DNA of 64,000 nucleotides from positions 1 to 64,000 of the forward strand of contig JBHLQH010000005.1 of assembly GCA_048884965.1 (NCBI GenBank). The letters run 5' to 3'. The notes below the pieces were generated by a model. That model worked only from the letters and a program-made list of their open reading frames with translations. It was not told where the DNA came from and did not search any database. Origin of the DNA: Candidatus Thorarchaeota archaeon. GTDB lineage: Archaea; Asgardarchaeota; Thorarchaeia; Thorarchaeales; Thorarchaeaceae. Every line of letters begins with the position of its first letter. Within the stretch, counting starts at the first letter, position 1. Positions 29,669 to 38,968 of the stretch are shown here, in pieces. A program made the translations under genes and the position numbers.

Positions 29669-32124
29669 TGTCAAGCTCATGGCTACTAAAAACTCGACAG
29701 ATGAGTGAAGCTGGTAAAGAGATCATCCTAACACAAGCTCTGGCGACTCATATGAGAAGTCCCCGTGATAGACAGTTAGTTATGGGTGCCTTCACTGAGA
29801 AACACCCTCTAGAAGATCTAATCTCATTCTTTGGTGCTTTCTACCTGTATCATTATCAAGGACTAAGATTGCTAAAGCTGGATGCTTCAGATGACCTATC
29901 GATAGAAGAACGAGAGGCTTTGACGAAGAAGGAACGGGAGCTACTCGAAATCGAAGTCCGGATGATGTTGGGGGAGAAGCAACGAGAAGAAATCGATGTT
30001 AGTCGAATAGCTAGCGAATTCATTGTTGAAGCCTGTAATTTGATAAAACAATCTCCCATATCTGAACGAATCGATTTGACGAATTCAATAATTGATTTGG
30101 TTCGCAAATTTGCCCATATGATTCCTACTGATTATTCAAGTAATAGTGAAATTGATTTCATTAATGAGATTACAGGATGGGCGACAAAATGGCGTCGTGA
30201 GCTGTACGTAAAGGCTTCAGGATTGAAAGAGTCCTCATTGTCTTTGAGGGAGGAGCTACTTCGTACTCATCATGAAGAGATTGCAGAATCAGCTGTTCTA
30301 AAGATGGGAGTTGAAGAGATAACTGGAAGTATGCGTTTGTGGGAAGGTCGACTCCTTACAGACAATCTACCAAAGGATATCTGGATGAAGATTGGTTCCG
30401 CGGTGATTGATTATCTCAAGAATAGCGGTAGTTCATTGGACTCCATCCGTACTGCGTATGAGATTCGAATGTCTGTTCTAGATTTGATGGAACAGGAAAT
30501 TGAGATGCCCACATCGTTAGAAGAATACGAATCTCTCATTGGGAAGGTTATAATTGGGGAGATTTCGAAAACTTCTCCAGATATCAATATCGTTGAGGTG
30601 ATATCGCATTTCGTTTCTATTCCCTCCGATGAGGTCCTTGCTGAACTCAGAACAAACGGTATTATGAATCCTGCAACAATTGTCGAAGGACTGAAGGCCA
30701 GTATCGATGAGGTTGAAACAGAGGGATCCGGAGAATCAGATGATACACAATCATCTACGAAAGTTGATCTCGAGGAGATAACTCGCAAGATTCGACGCCT
30801 AGAGAAACTAGAAGACACTCTAGAAAAACCTGTAAAGGGCATGCTCAAGGCAAAAGGTCTCAGGGCAGTGGAATTGGACAAAATATCTATTGAATTCTTG
30901 ACAAAGCCCAGAGCATCTCTTCTCGGATTCGAAATTCAGGTGCTTGAGGAATTAGGCAAAAAAACTCGTGTACCAGATCCTGACGAGGTTTCTAGTCTTC
31001 TCCAACTTCGAGAGGATTTCAAAAGTGGTTTACTTACAGGTGTCGAGATGAAAACATCTTCTGATTTGGGTCGACAAATTCAACATGGGAAGTCAATCGT
31101 TCAATTAAGGAATGACCTTGTGTGGTACTTCACTATTGGGATTCTGAAGAATCTCGCTAGAGTGATCGAAACATACATTCGATCGAAGCACGATATTCAA
31201 AGATCAAAAACACTTCTGAAGAGTATATATGAAGACTCTGAATCTAGTTTGCAGTTCTTAAGAGAGGAGATATTGATTGACCTACTCTCAATGCGGCTCT
31301 ATGAGATGAAGATGATTCATCCAGAACTTGATGCTAGCACAGTTTGTACTTGGTATCAGGCTAGACTATCAAATACAGATTTGGATAGTGCAAGAGAATT
31401 TCTAGAGAACAGCATATCTCCTGTGTTTGCAGGAATTGTGAGTTCTCCTCTTAATCTGACTGCACTTACGTTTGATAATTATGCAATAGCATATGATTTG
31501 ATGCAACGCTTCTTAAATCAACAGAGAACAGAGCGAGACATTCGCATTGAGCTGGTTTCGGAGGCTAAACTAGCTGAGGAACAAAAGAGAGAATCAGCAA
31601 AGTCCGGTCTTGATGTGATGAACTTCATTTACACCAAAGCGCACACTGTCTTCAGAGCTATTGGACGAGTAGGATCAAGAGGATTGGAATGGAACGCCAA
31701 TGATGATGCAAAGTGTGCCAATTTACTTGCATTCTTCCTGAAGACCAGTCGTGCACGTCCTATTTGCCAAGTTTGTGGGGAAATATCAGATGATAAGAAA
31801 TGCAGTACTCATGGAAAAGGTCAGATGAATGATTCCAATGATGTCGATAATCTATCTTGGTTCGTTATGCGTGCTATTACGGATATCAAGGAAGGATTGC
31901 TAGGCGCAAAAGCTGAACCCTTGACATGGTCAGAATCTAGACAAATTGTGCAAAGGGAAATCGCAAACCTTAGACGACGCGGTAAGATAACTAGCAAAAC
32001 CAATCTCAAAGCCATGCTGCCTGGAGAGATCAATTACATAGTTGGTCCAGCAATAGCTACGATTATTGGCAAGTACTTCAATGAATCTCTTGAATACGCT
32101 GCCCGAAGAGCTGGTATTGCATAG
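29668..32124 (+). CDS. Large hypothetical helical protein (818 aa) with CxxC...CxxH Zn finger
   Basis: TAATG overlap with the upstream gene, GAGG SD, CQVCG...CSTHG. Confidence 0.82.
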   Translation: MSSSWLLKTRQMSEAGKEIILTQALATHMRSPRDRQLVMGAFTEKHPLEDLISFFGAFYLYHYQGLRLLKLDASDDLSIEEREALTKKERELLEIEVRMMLGEKQREEIDVSRIASEFIVEACNLIKQSPISERIDLTNSIIDLVRKFAHMIPTDYSSNSEIDFINEITGWATKWRRELYVKASGLKESSLSLREELLRTHHEEIAESAVLKMGVEEITGSMRLWEGRLLTDNLPKDIWMKIGSAVIDYLKNSGSSLDSIRTAYEIRMSVLDLMEQEIEMPTSLEEYESLIGKVIIGEISKTSPDINIVEVISHFVSIPSDEVLAELRTNGIMNPATIVEGLKASIDEVETEGSGESDDTQSSTKVDLEEITRKIRRLEKLEDTLEKPVKGMLKAKGLRAVELDKISIEFLTKPRASLLGFEIQVLEELGKKTRVPDPDEVSSLLQLREDFKSGLLTGVEMKTSSDLGRQIQHGKSIVQLRNDLVWYFTIGILKNLARVIETYIRSKHDIQRSKTLLKSIYEDSESSLQFLREEILIDLLSMRLYEMKMIHPELDASTVCTWYQARLSNTDLDSAREFLENSISPVFAGIVSSPLNLTALTFDNYAIAYDLMQRFLNQQRTERDIRIELVSEAKLAEEQKRESAKSGLDVMNFIYTKAHTVFRAIGRVGSRGLEWNANDDAKCANLLAFFLKTSRARPICQVCGEISDDKKCSTHGKGQMNDSNDVDNLSWFVMRAITDIKEGLLGAKAEPLTWSESRQIVQREIANLRRRGKITSKTNLKAMLPGEINYIVGPAIATIIGKYFNESLEYAARRAGIA

Positions 32125-32141
32125 GTTAAATGCTGAGATTG

Positions 32142-32456
32142 TCATGCGAGGTTTGAACTTAGCCACTCCAAATAGCTAAGAGACCCTGTTCGAATGGGAA
32201 TCGTGATGAATTCCGGAGTTTCGTACGAATGGATTCTGAAAAGGAGTTCACTAAGCTCGTCTTCCATGTCAGCTTCAGTTTTCATCAAGAGGATGCATTC
32301 TTCTTCATCTTCGACATTTCCTTTCCAGTGATAGATGCTTCTAATTCCTTTAATGATGTTCACACAAGCACATTTGCGTGAATCGACTAGTAATCGGGAA
32401 ATACGTTCAGCGTCTTCATTCTTACAAGTAGAAATTGCAATGATGTATTTAGTCAT
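32142..32456 (-). CDS. cutA: Divalent cation tolerance protein CutA
   Basis: CACVNI, SIYHWKG, HSYETPE, YLEW. Confidence 0.93.
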   Translation of the reverse strand: MTKYIIAISTCKNEDAERISRLLVDSRKCACVNIIKGIRSIYHWKGNVEDEEECILLMKTEADMEDELSELLFRIHSYETPEFITIPIRTGSLSYLEWLSSNLA

Positions 32457-32566
32457 CCAATCACCTATTCTTTCCTTGAATGATTATCCAATTTGGTGTA
32501 TCGTTAGTCAGCTTGGAAACATATATACACAAGGTACTTTCGCAATTGCTTCATCGGGTGAATGAT

Positions 32567-33961
32567 ATGGGGAAAAAATTTGTGCCCAGAGGCGTTATGC
32601 CTGCTCTTGTAACCCCCTTCACGAAGGATGGAGATCTTATAGAAGACAGCTATAAGGAAATAATCGACTATGTCATAAGCCGAGGAGCTACTGGCGTTGT
32701 TCCAGCAGGGACAACTGGCGAGTTCGTCTATATGCGAACAGAAGAGCGGAAGAAGCTTCTTCGTTTGACAGTGGACATCGTTGATGGTCGTGTTCCAATT
32801 GTAGCCGGTACGGGACAGAATAGCACAAAGGCTACTATCGCATTGACAAAGTATGCTGAAGATATAGGATGCGATGCAGCATTAGTTATCTCTCCTTTCT
32901 ACTTGAGACCCGGTGACAAAGGTTACTATGAGCACTACGAAAATGTTGCTAATCAAGGTAATTTGCCAATTATCCTCTATAATATACCTCAATGCACTCT
33001 TGGTGTTCTCACCTCATCAGTCGTTGAAGATTTGGCAGAGCTTGACAATGTCGTTGGAATCAAAGATAGTAGTGGAGTGATTCCACATACTGTTGAATTG
33101 ATTCAGAAACTAAAAGGAAAGATACCTGTCCTCATCGGTCATGATGAGTGCTTCTTATCTGCAGTTGCTGCTGGTGCACAAGCTGCAATTCTTGCATCTG
33201 CGAATATTATCCCCCATATATGGCTGGAGATCATGGAAAAAGTTCAGAGTGGTGATATCCCAAGAGCAATGGAACTTCAACACTCAGCTCAAACATTCGC
33301 CAGAATCGTAACTCGAAATGGAGGAGCTCCTCCTGTTAAGGCCGCTTTCAAGATGATGGGCATCAAAGCTGGCAAATCAAGAATGCCGCTAGATACGGGT
33401 GGCACATTATCAGTGGAGTTGAAGGATGAGATACGATTGGAACTCGAAACCCTTGGTCTTCTTGAGCCATTACATACTTCATCCATTGATACAAACATAA
33501 GTATTGAGAAGCTGCTTGCAGATGAGGGTTTTGAGGTTGGCTCAGAGGTTCTTCTGGGATCCGCTTCGTCTGAAAGGATTGCGGTAAGTGTCGCCGCTGG
33601 TCCCAAGAAGGGTGTCCTAGGTAGGGCTTTTGTGAAGCTACTTACTTCGCCTCGAATTGGGCACGAAGCACTTTCTGTTATTCTGGAACCAAATCTTGCC
33701 GTTAAACCGAGCAGCCTCATGGTACCAATGAAGACCATCACCTCTATGAGACAGGCCTCTTTCTTCTATGGTCCTGTTCAGTCAGGTGCTGCAAAGGCTT
33801 TTGCAGGAATCTTGGAGCATGGTAAAATCCCCACAAAATCGATTCTTGAAGATGTTGTAATCCTTGCTGTGGATGTCGACCTTCAGTCCCACAATAGAAG
33901 ACAAGTCACATCTGAAACAGAGCAAGTTGTGTCGCAAGCGCTGGAGGAAATCTGGAGGTAA
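32567..33961 (+). CDS. DapA/NanA-family class I aldolase fused to a Fae-like domain (copy A)
   Basis: GTTGE, LYNIP, GIKDSS; C-terminal GPKKG..GRAF...GH..L..ILEPNL.VKP...RQA..FYGPVQ. Confidence 0.88.
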   Translation: MGKKFVPRGVMPALVTPFTKDGDLIEDSYKEIIDYVISRGATGVVPAGTTGEFVYMRTEERKKLLRLTVDIVDGRVPIVAGTGQNSTKATIALTKYAEDIGCDAALVISPFYLRPGDKGYYEHYENVANQGNLPIILYNIPQCTLGVLTSSVVEDLAELDNVVGIKDSSGVIPHTVELIQKLKGKIPVLIGHDECFLSAVAAGAQAAILASANIIPHIWLEIMEKVQSGDIPRAMELQHSAQTFARIVTRNGGAPPVKAAFKMMGIKAGKSRMPLDTGGTLSVELKDEIRLELETLGLLEPLHTSSIDTNISIEKLLADEGFEVGSEVLLGSASSERIAVSVAAGPKKGVLGRAFVKLLTSPRIGHEALSVILEPNLAVKPSSLMVPMKTITSMRQASFFYGPVQSGAAKAFAGILEHGKIPTKSILEDVVILAVDVDLQSHNRRQVTSETEQVVSQALEEIWR

Positions 33962-33966
33962 ATAAG

Positions 33967-35442
33967 ATGAGTGAGAAATTCAAGTTCAAAGGTGTTTATC
34001 CCGCATTGGTAACGCCCTTCAATGAAGGTGGGATAGATGAAGCAAAATATCGTGTTCTCATCGATTACGTGATTAGATCTGGAGCTACCGGGATTGTTCC
34101 TTGTGGCACAACTGGTGAATTCACTTCAATGCGATTTGAGGAGAAAGTTGAGGCCATTCGAATTGCATGCGATGCCGCAAAAGGAAAGGTCCCAGTCCTT
34201 GCGGGAACTGGTGCTGCATATACTGGTGACGCAATAAAGATTACTAGAATGGCTGCAGAGTATGGAGCTGATGCAGCCTTAGTAGTTTCACCGTACTTCA
34301 TGAAACCCTCGAACAAAGAACTATTCGAGCACTACGAGAGAGTTGCCAACAATTCAGATATTCCGATCTTTCTCTACAATATCCCACAAGTCACTGGAGT
34401 GCCAATACACTGGACCGTTGTTGATGGTCTTCGTGAGATTGATGGCATTATCGGAATGAAAGACTCAAGTGGTGATTTGGTCAATTTGACTACCATCCTA
34501 GTGCGAAGACCGGATGATTTCCAAGTTGTTATTGGACATGATGAAGTTGCGTTACCTGCTTTGGCGAGTGGGTGTGATGGTGCAATTCTAGCAAGTGCAA
34601 ACATCTTCCCGAACAGATACATCAAAATGCAGAGTGCACTCGCGAATGGAGATTTGAAGGAAGCATTACTGGTACAACGAAGCATTCAGAAGACTGTACG
34701 AATCATTGTTAATCGGGGCGGTGGACTAGCAGTTAAGGTTGCTCTAAATATGATGGGAATCCCTGTCGGTCTGGCTAGGAAACCTCTTCTGAAAGGAGAT
34801 TCGATGTCCTATGAGGATATTGATGAACTAAGGACTTGCTTAGAGGACCTCCAGTTGATTCCTAAGGGTCCTGTGACATTCAAGATGGGCAAGAAGTCTG
34901 TCATTTCAGAAACCTATCCCAAAGCTGTAGGAATGGTCCCTAGTATTGTCGAGGATCTTACTTTATTGCATGGAGAGTCTCTTTGTGGTGCAGGAAATGA
35001 GGTGGCACATGTTGATCTTGTACTAGGAATTCGTGATGGTCCATTGAGTACTGCTTTGGAAGGCGCTGGTTCGATTCGCGAAGGCTATCATACTGCGGAG
35101 ATCATCAAGGATCTTCAGCCAACGACTGTCTTTGCACCAACCGTTACGATTACTCATGAGCACCACAAGAAGATGGTACATGATTTTGCAAAGAAGGCCG
35201 TCATTGATGCCGTGAAGAGAAGTATCACTGATGGAGTCATTCCCGATGAACTGGTTCCTGATATTCTCATTATGGCGAATGTCTTTGTGCATCCCAATGC
35301 CGTTAATCCTCGAAGAGTGCATATCAACAATTTTCGTGCTGTCCGTCATGCAATTAGACGCGCAATCGAAGGCAGATTCTCCACTGATGAGATAATTGCT
35401 AGGAAGGAATCTGCACGGCATCCGTTTGCATACAATCCATGA
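33967..35442 (+). CDS. DapA/NanA-family class I aldolase fused to a Fae domain (copy B)
   Basis: GTTGE, LYNIP, GMKDSS; C-terminal GESLCGAGNEVAHVDL...VFVHP...AIRRAIEG...SARHPF. Confidence 0.9.
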   Translation: MSEKFKFKGVYPALVTPFNEGGIDEAKYRVLIDYVIRSGATGIVPCGTTGEFTSMRFEEKVEAIRIACDAAKGKVPVLAGTGAAYTGDAIKITRMAAEYGADAALVVSPYFMKPSNKELFEHYERVANNSDIPIFLYNIPQVTGVPIHWTVVDGLREIDGIIGMKDSSGDLVNLTTILVRRPDDFQVVIGHDEVALPALASGCDGAILASANIFPNRYIKMQSALANGDLKEALLVQRSIQKTVRIIVNRGGGLAVKVALNMMGIPVGLARKPLLKGDSMSYEDIDELRTCLEDLQLIPKGPVTFKMGKKSVISETYPKAVGMVPSIVEDLTLLHGESLCGAGNEVAHVDLVLGIRDGPLSTALEGAGSIREGYHTAEIIKDLQPTTVFAPTVTITHEHHKKMVHDFAKKAVIDAVKRSITDGVIPDELVPDILIMANVFVHPNAVNPRRVHINNFRAVRHAIRRAIEGRFSTDEIIARKESARHPFAYNP

Positions 35443-35452
35443 TTTCACTATA

Positions 35453-35480
35453 TAGGGGCCTTGAGCCCCTACACTTTTTC
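35453..35480 (+). terminator. Hairpin plus U-tract closing the aldolase-Fae operon
   Basis: TAGGGGC/GCCCCTA then CACTTTTTC. Confidence 0.65.
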
Positions 35481-35743
35481 TATTATACGATTAAGAAAAA
35501 ACTGAATTTGGCCATATGTTAAGCGACTGAATTCAAGATTGTCTCAGATATTATCACATCCTTCTGTATACTATGTTCTATGGTACACTACATGAAGAAA
35601 CACGTTAAAACGCCATTAAAACCAATTCCAGAAGGAGCTATCTGGACATCGTCCTATATATACTTGGATTGCATTAACAAGAAACAAGTCTAGCATCCCA
35701 TTCAGGTGCCGCGCTATCCACCGCATCCGTTGGAGATCTAAAC

Positions 35744-35968
35744 ATGGCTGAAACCTGCGAGATTGCATTGAAGCAGATACCTTCACGCAATTTGAGGAAG
35801 CAGGTTAAAAGTTTCGTTAAAGGAGATGATGTACTCGTTCAGGACATTTCGGGTCAACTATATTCTGTTGAACTAAAACGGAATAAATTGGTTCTAAAAC
35901 CTGAAAAGAGTGTAGACGCACAAAATTCTGACGGGGGCTGTGCGTCTATACACTGTCTGAATGCATGA
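35744..35968 (+). CDS. Small hypothetical protein
   Basis: GGAGA SD before ATG; TATA-like TATATA near 35655. Confidence 0.5.
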   Translation: MAETCEIALKQIPSRNLRKQVKSFVKGDDVLVQDISGQLYSVELKRNKLVLKPEKSVDAQNSDGGCASIHCLNA

Positions 35969-36016
35969 AGGTCGGAAGGTTTCAGCCAAATAATTCTTTC
36001 ATGAAGAGTGTGGCTT

Positions 36017-36078
36017 GTCTCAGCTTGCTCTTGGATCTTCATCGCTTTTGCTCCGACAGGGGTAACGGCTTCATAGAC
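36017..36078 (-). ncRNA. Box C/D methylation guide sRNA
   Basis: GUC stem, C (AUGAAGC), 12-nt guide, D' (CGGA), GC-AAAA-GC, C' (AUGAAGA), 12-nt guide, D (CUGA), GAC; both K-turns have correct geometry. Confidence 0.8.
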
Positions 36079-36212
36079 CTATCACAAGGATAGTAGCCAC
36101 AATATATCATAATTGATGAATCCTAATAAGGATTCGAATAAGACACACAACCTAGACCAGATAGGTTCTTGAAGGTGAATGTATAGCACGATTCTTTGAA
36201 AGGGGATGCCGC

Positions 36213-37259
36213 ATGAATCGAAATCTTCTCGGAAAGCACCTTATCCGATTAATAGGTCTCATCCTCTTTGTGGTAATCATACTTGGAACCGATTTCACAA
36301 ACGCAGAAGAGCTAGTTCTCAATATTGATGTAATTAGCTTCCTCTTCTTGACCTTCTTGGTTCTTCCAATAATGGCCTTCAAGGGATTACGATGGTATGT
36401 CATTGCACGAGGATTAAAGATAAACCTCAAAGCGACAGATGCCGTCGAAGGCTTGTGCATTGCTCAGATGACTGGTTTCTCACTTCCTGGATCTCTTGGT
36501 GACCTCATCCGGGTGCCTTTTCTGAAGTGTAGAGGGAATCCTTCTGACCGTTCTATTCTAAGCCTCTTCATCGATGCCATTGCAGCCGCGATTATTCCAT
36601 ACTCAGTTGCATTAATTGCATTGATCGAATTCTTCAACCTTGATGTGATCCTTATAGTTGCAGGTTTTGTATTCGGTGTCCTATTGCTTGGTGGCGGCTA
36701 TGCCCTCTATCGTCTGTTGAAAATCGTTCTTCGTCCTTGGGTCCTTCAAGCAAGGCTTAGACGGATTCAGAAAGGTGGTGCCGTCGGGAGATATGTTTTG
36801 AACTTACGTGAGTCAATTCGAATAATTGGGTTCCCAACTTTCTTGATAGCAGCTCTTGTTTCCGGAATTGCTTGGTTTCTTTACTCGGTTCAAGGATGGC
36901 TTCTTGCTCAAGTCCTCATGCTTGATATCTCTTGGTATCATGTAGCATTGGCTTTGACTTTGACATCAATGATAACTGTTCTGCCTATTTCGATTCAAGG
37001 GGTTGGTGTACGAGAAGGAATGCTTCTCCTTATTTTCAGCACACTCCTTGGATTCGAATCAAGTTCAGTTGTGATATTCTCTATTATTCTAACGATGATC
37101 TCACTTACTCCCTCTCTCTTTGGGTTCGTCAGTTGGATGCGTGATCCATTTGTTAAATTGGAGCCTGCTTCTGTAGAGGATGCAATCACTCAGCCCATAG
37201 AATTATTCCTAAATCTTCCAGCTTTTGATAGAGAAAATGATAGTTCATCGCTAGGATAG
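36213..37259 (+). CDS. Lysylphosphatidylglycerol synthase TM / flippase-like (UPF0104) membrane protein
   Basis: KGLRW, LPGSLGDLIR, LPISIQGVGVREG; polytopic. Confidence 0.88.
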   Translation: MNRNLLGKHLIRLIGLILFVVIILGTDFTNAEELVLNIDVISFLFLTFLVLPIMAFKGLRWYVIARGLKINLKATDAVEGLCIAQMTGFSLPGSLGDLIRVPFLKCRGNPSDRSILSLFIDAIAAAIIPYSVALIALIEFFNLDVILIVAGFVFGVLLLGGGYALYRLLKIVLRPWVLQARLRRIQKGGAVGRYVLNLRESIRIIGFPTFLIAALVSGIAWFLYSVQGWLLAQVLMLDISWYHVALALTLTSMITVLPISIQGVGVREGMLLLIFSTLLGFESSSVVIFSIILTMISLTPSLFGFVSWMRDPFVKLEPASVEDAITQPIELFLNLPAFDRENDSSSLG

Positions 37260-37301
37260 CCTCATATTGAAGGATGTTATCTATGGTTTGCGAATCATAG
37301 G

Positions 37302-38456
37302 GTGAGCGAGAATATGTCCAATTCCTCCAGAGTGATAAAACTCACACAAACACTTGTGTCGACGAATTCAGAAAGTCCTCCTGGGCAAGAGCGAGAGGTG
37401 GCGAACCTCCTCCGAGAGCATCTAGAACAATATGGCATTTCATGTACTTCTGTTGGACCCAATGACCGCCCAAATCTCATCTTCTCTACGAATGAAGATA
37501 CTCTTGGTCCAGTTGTATTTCACGGTCATATGGATACGGTTCCCGTTGGTGACTTGGAGCGGTGGAGTCATGATCCCTTCCTAGGCGAGATTCACGATGG
37601 TAAGTTGTACGGTCGAGGCGCATGTGATATGAAGGGACCATTGGCAGCCTTGACAGAGGCGATGATCCAGTATAATGACAAGAAGAATGATACTCCTTTT
37701 GTGCTATTGTGCACCTCTGATGAGGAAAGCGGGTGCTCTGGAGCTGAAGCAGTAGCTGATTCTGGAATCCTTTCTGGAGTCAAATACGGTGTGTGTGCTG
37801 AGCCTACTGATCTTCATGTATTGGTTGGCGAAAAGGGAATGCTATGGACAAAGGTGATTGCACACGGGAAAGCTGCGCATGGTTCCCGCCCGAGTGAAGG
37901 TGTTAATGCAATTCAACTGTGCTCTAAAGCAATTGAAGCGTTATCATCCCACGATTATCCCTATGAACTCAATGACTTAATGGGGATGATGTCATTGAAT
38001 GTTGGAATGATCAAAGGCGGCATAAAAATCAATGTCGTTCCAGATTATTGCGAAGCCAGCTTGGATATGAGAACAGTCAAAGGACAAAGCACAGAAAGGA
38101 TGCTGAATGAGATGAAACATGTCCTAAGAATTGCGGGTTTGGATGAATCTGTGTCAATCCAGTACATACATGGTAAACCTGCCGTTGTGACCCCAGAAGA
38201 TGCCACGATTGTCACTGTGACTACTAATGTTGTTGAATCAGTTGTTGGTAAGAAGCACCCTCTATCCGCTGCAACTTATGGCACGGACTGCTCAGTTCTC
38301 CAACCTCGTATTGGAATTCTGAATGTCATTTGTGGTCCCGGATCAATCGAACAGGCACATCAACCAGATGAATACATACAAGTAAGTCAATTGATGGAAT
38401 CAGTTGAAATCTATCTTAGAATAGCTGATAAAATCTCTGAGGTGGAATCTTCATGA
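37302..38456 (+). CDS. M20 family metallo-amidohydrolase (ArgE/DapE-like)
   Basis: GHMDTVP, GRGACDMKG, DEESG, EPT, AHGS, GPGS..QAHQPDE. Confidence 0.92.
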   Translation: MSENMSNSSRVIKLTQTLVSTNSESPPGQEREVANLLREHLEQYGISCTSVGPNDRPNLIFSTNEDTLGPVVFHGHMDTVPVGDLERWSHDPFLGEIHDGKLYGRGACDMKGPLAALTEAMIQYNDKKNDTPFVLLCTSDEESGCSGAEAVADSGILSGVKYGVCAEPTDLHVLVGEKGMLWTKVIAHGKAAHGSRPSEGVNAIQLCSKAIEALSSHDYPYELNDLMGMMSLNVGMIKGGIKINVVPDYCEASLDMRTVKGQSTERMLNEMKHVLRIAGLDESVSIQYIHGKPAVVTPEDATIVTVTTNVVESVVGKKHPLSAATYGTDCSVLQPRIGILNVICGPGSIEQAHQPDEYIQVSQLMESVEIYLRIADKISEVESS

Positions 38457-38537
38457 GAAAGATTAAAGGCCTAGCCCCGTTGATGTAGAACAGTCTTTGG
38501 TCAGTGCGAGGATTACAACTGAACGCGGGTGATTGTC

Positions 38538-38957
38538 ATGCTTTTCGGACGCTCGAAAGATAAACCAATTATTAAGAAACTCAAGAAGATTCAAGTAGAG
38601 ATTGAGAAAGGAAAAATGCCAAAGCTTCCTGAAACACAATCTCGTCAAGATATCATTTCATCAATTTTTAGTGAAGATCTTGCCTCTATTGGACTTCAGG
38701 CTTCATCCGATTCTGGATATATTCCATCCTCCCAAACACCATTGGCGAAGTATCTGCGACGTTTTGGAGTTTCTGATGACATTATAGATGCAATCCTCAC
38801 AGGCTTGGGAGAGGAGGAAACTGCGAAAGCTGTCAGGGATGTAATTGAGGCTGCCGCAGATACTCCTGATATTGATATGCATGGAGAGTATCTGGAGCGA
38901 GCAAAGGAGCTCGCGGTTGAGGAATGGAAAAAACGAAGGCAGATTGAAACAAACTGA
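38538..38957 (+). CDS. Hypothetical protein
   Basis: GGTGA SD; co-oriented with neighbouring genes. Confidence 0.7.
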   Translation: MLFGRSKDKPIIKKLKKIQVEIEKGKMPKLPETQSRQDIISSIFSEDLASIGLQASSDSGYIPSSQTPLAKYLRRFGVSDDIIDAILTGLGEEETAKAVRDVIEAAADTPDIDMHGEYLERAKELAVEEWKKRRQIETN

Positions 38958-38968
38958 GGTGTTGGTCC

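Noticed and set aside
32567-35442. Plain dapA duplicates for lysine biosynthesis
   Set aside because: The aspartate-semialdehyde-binding Arg is absent, both carry extra Fae domains, and no dapB/asd/lysC is adjacent
38475-38528. TGATG...CTGA as another C/D sRNA
   Set aside because: Short box spacing, no clear C'/D' boxes and poor terminal-stem geometry
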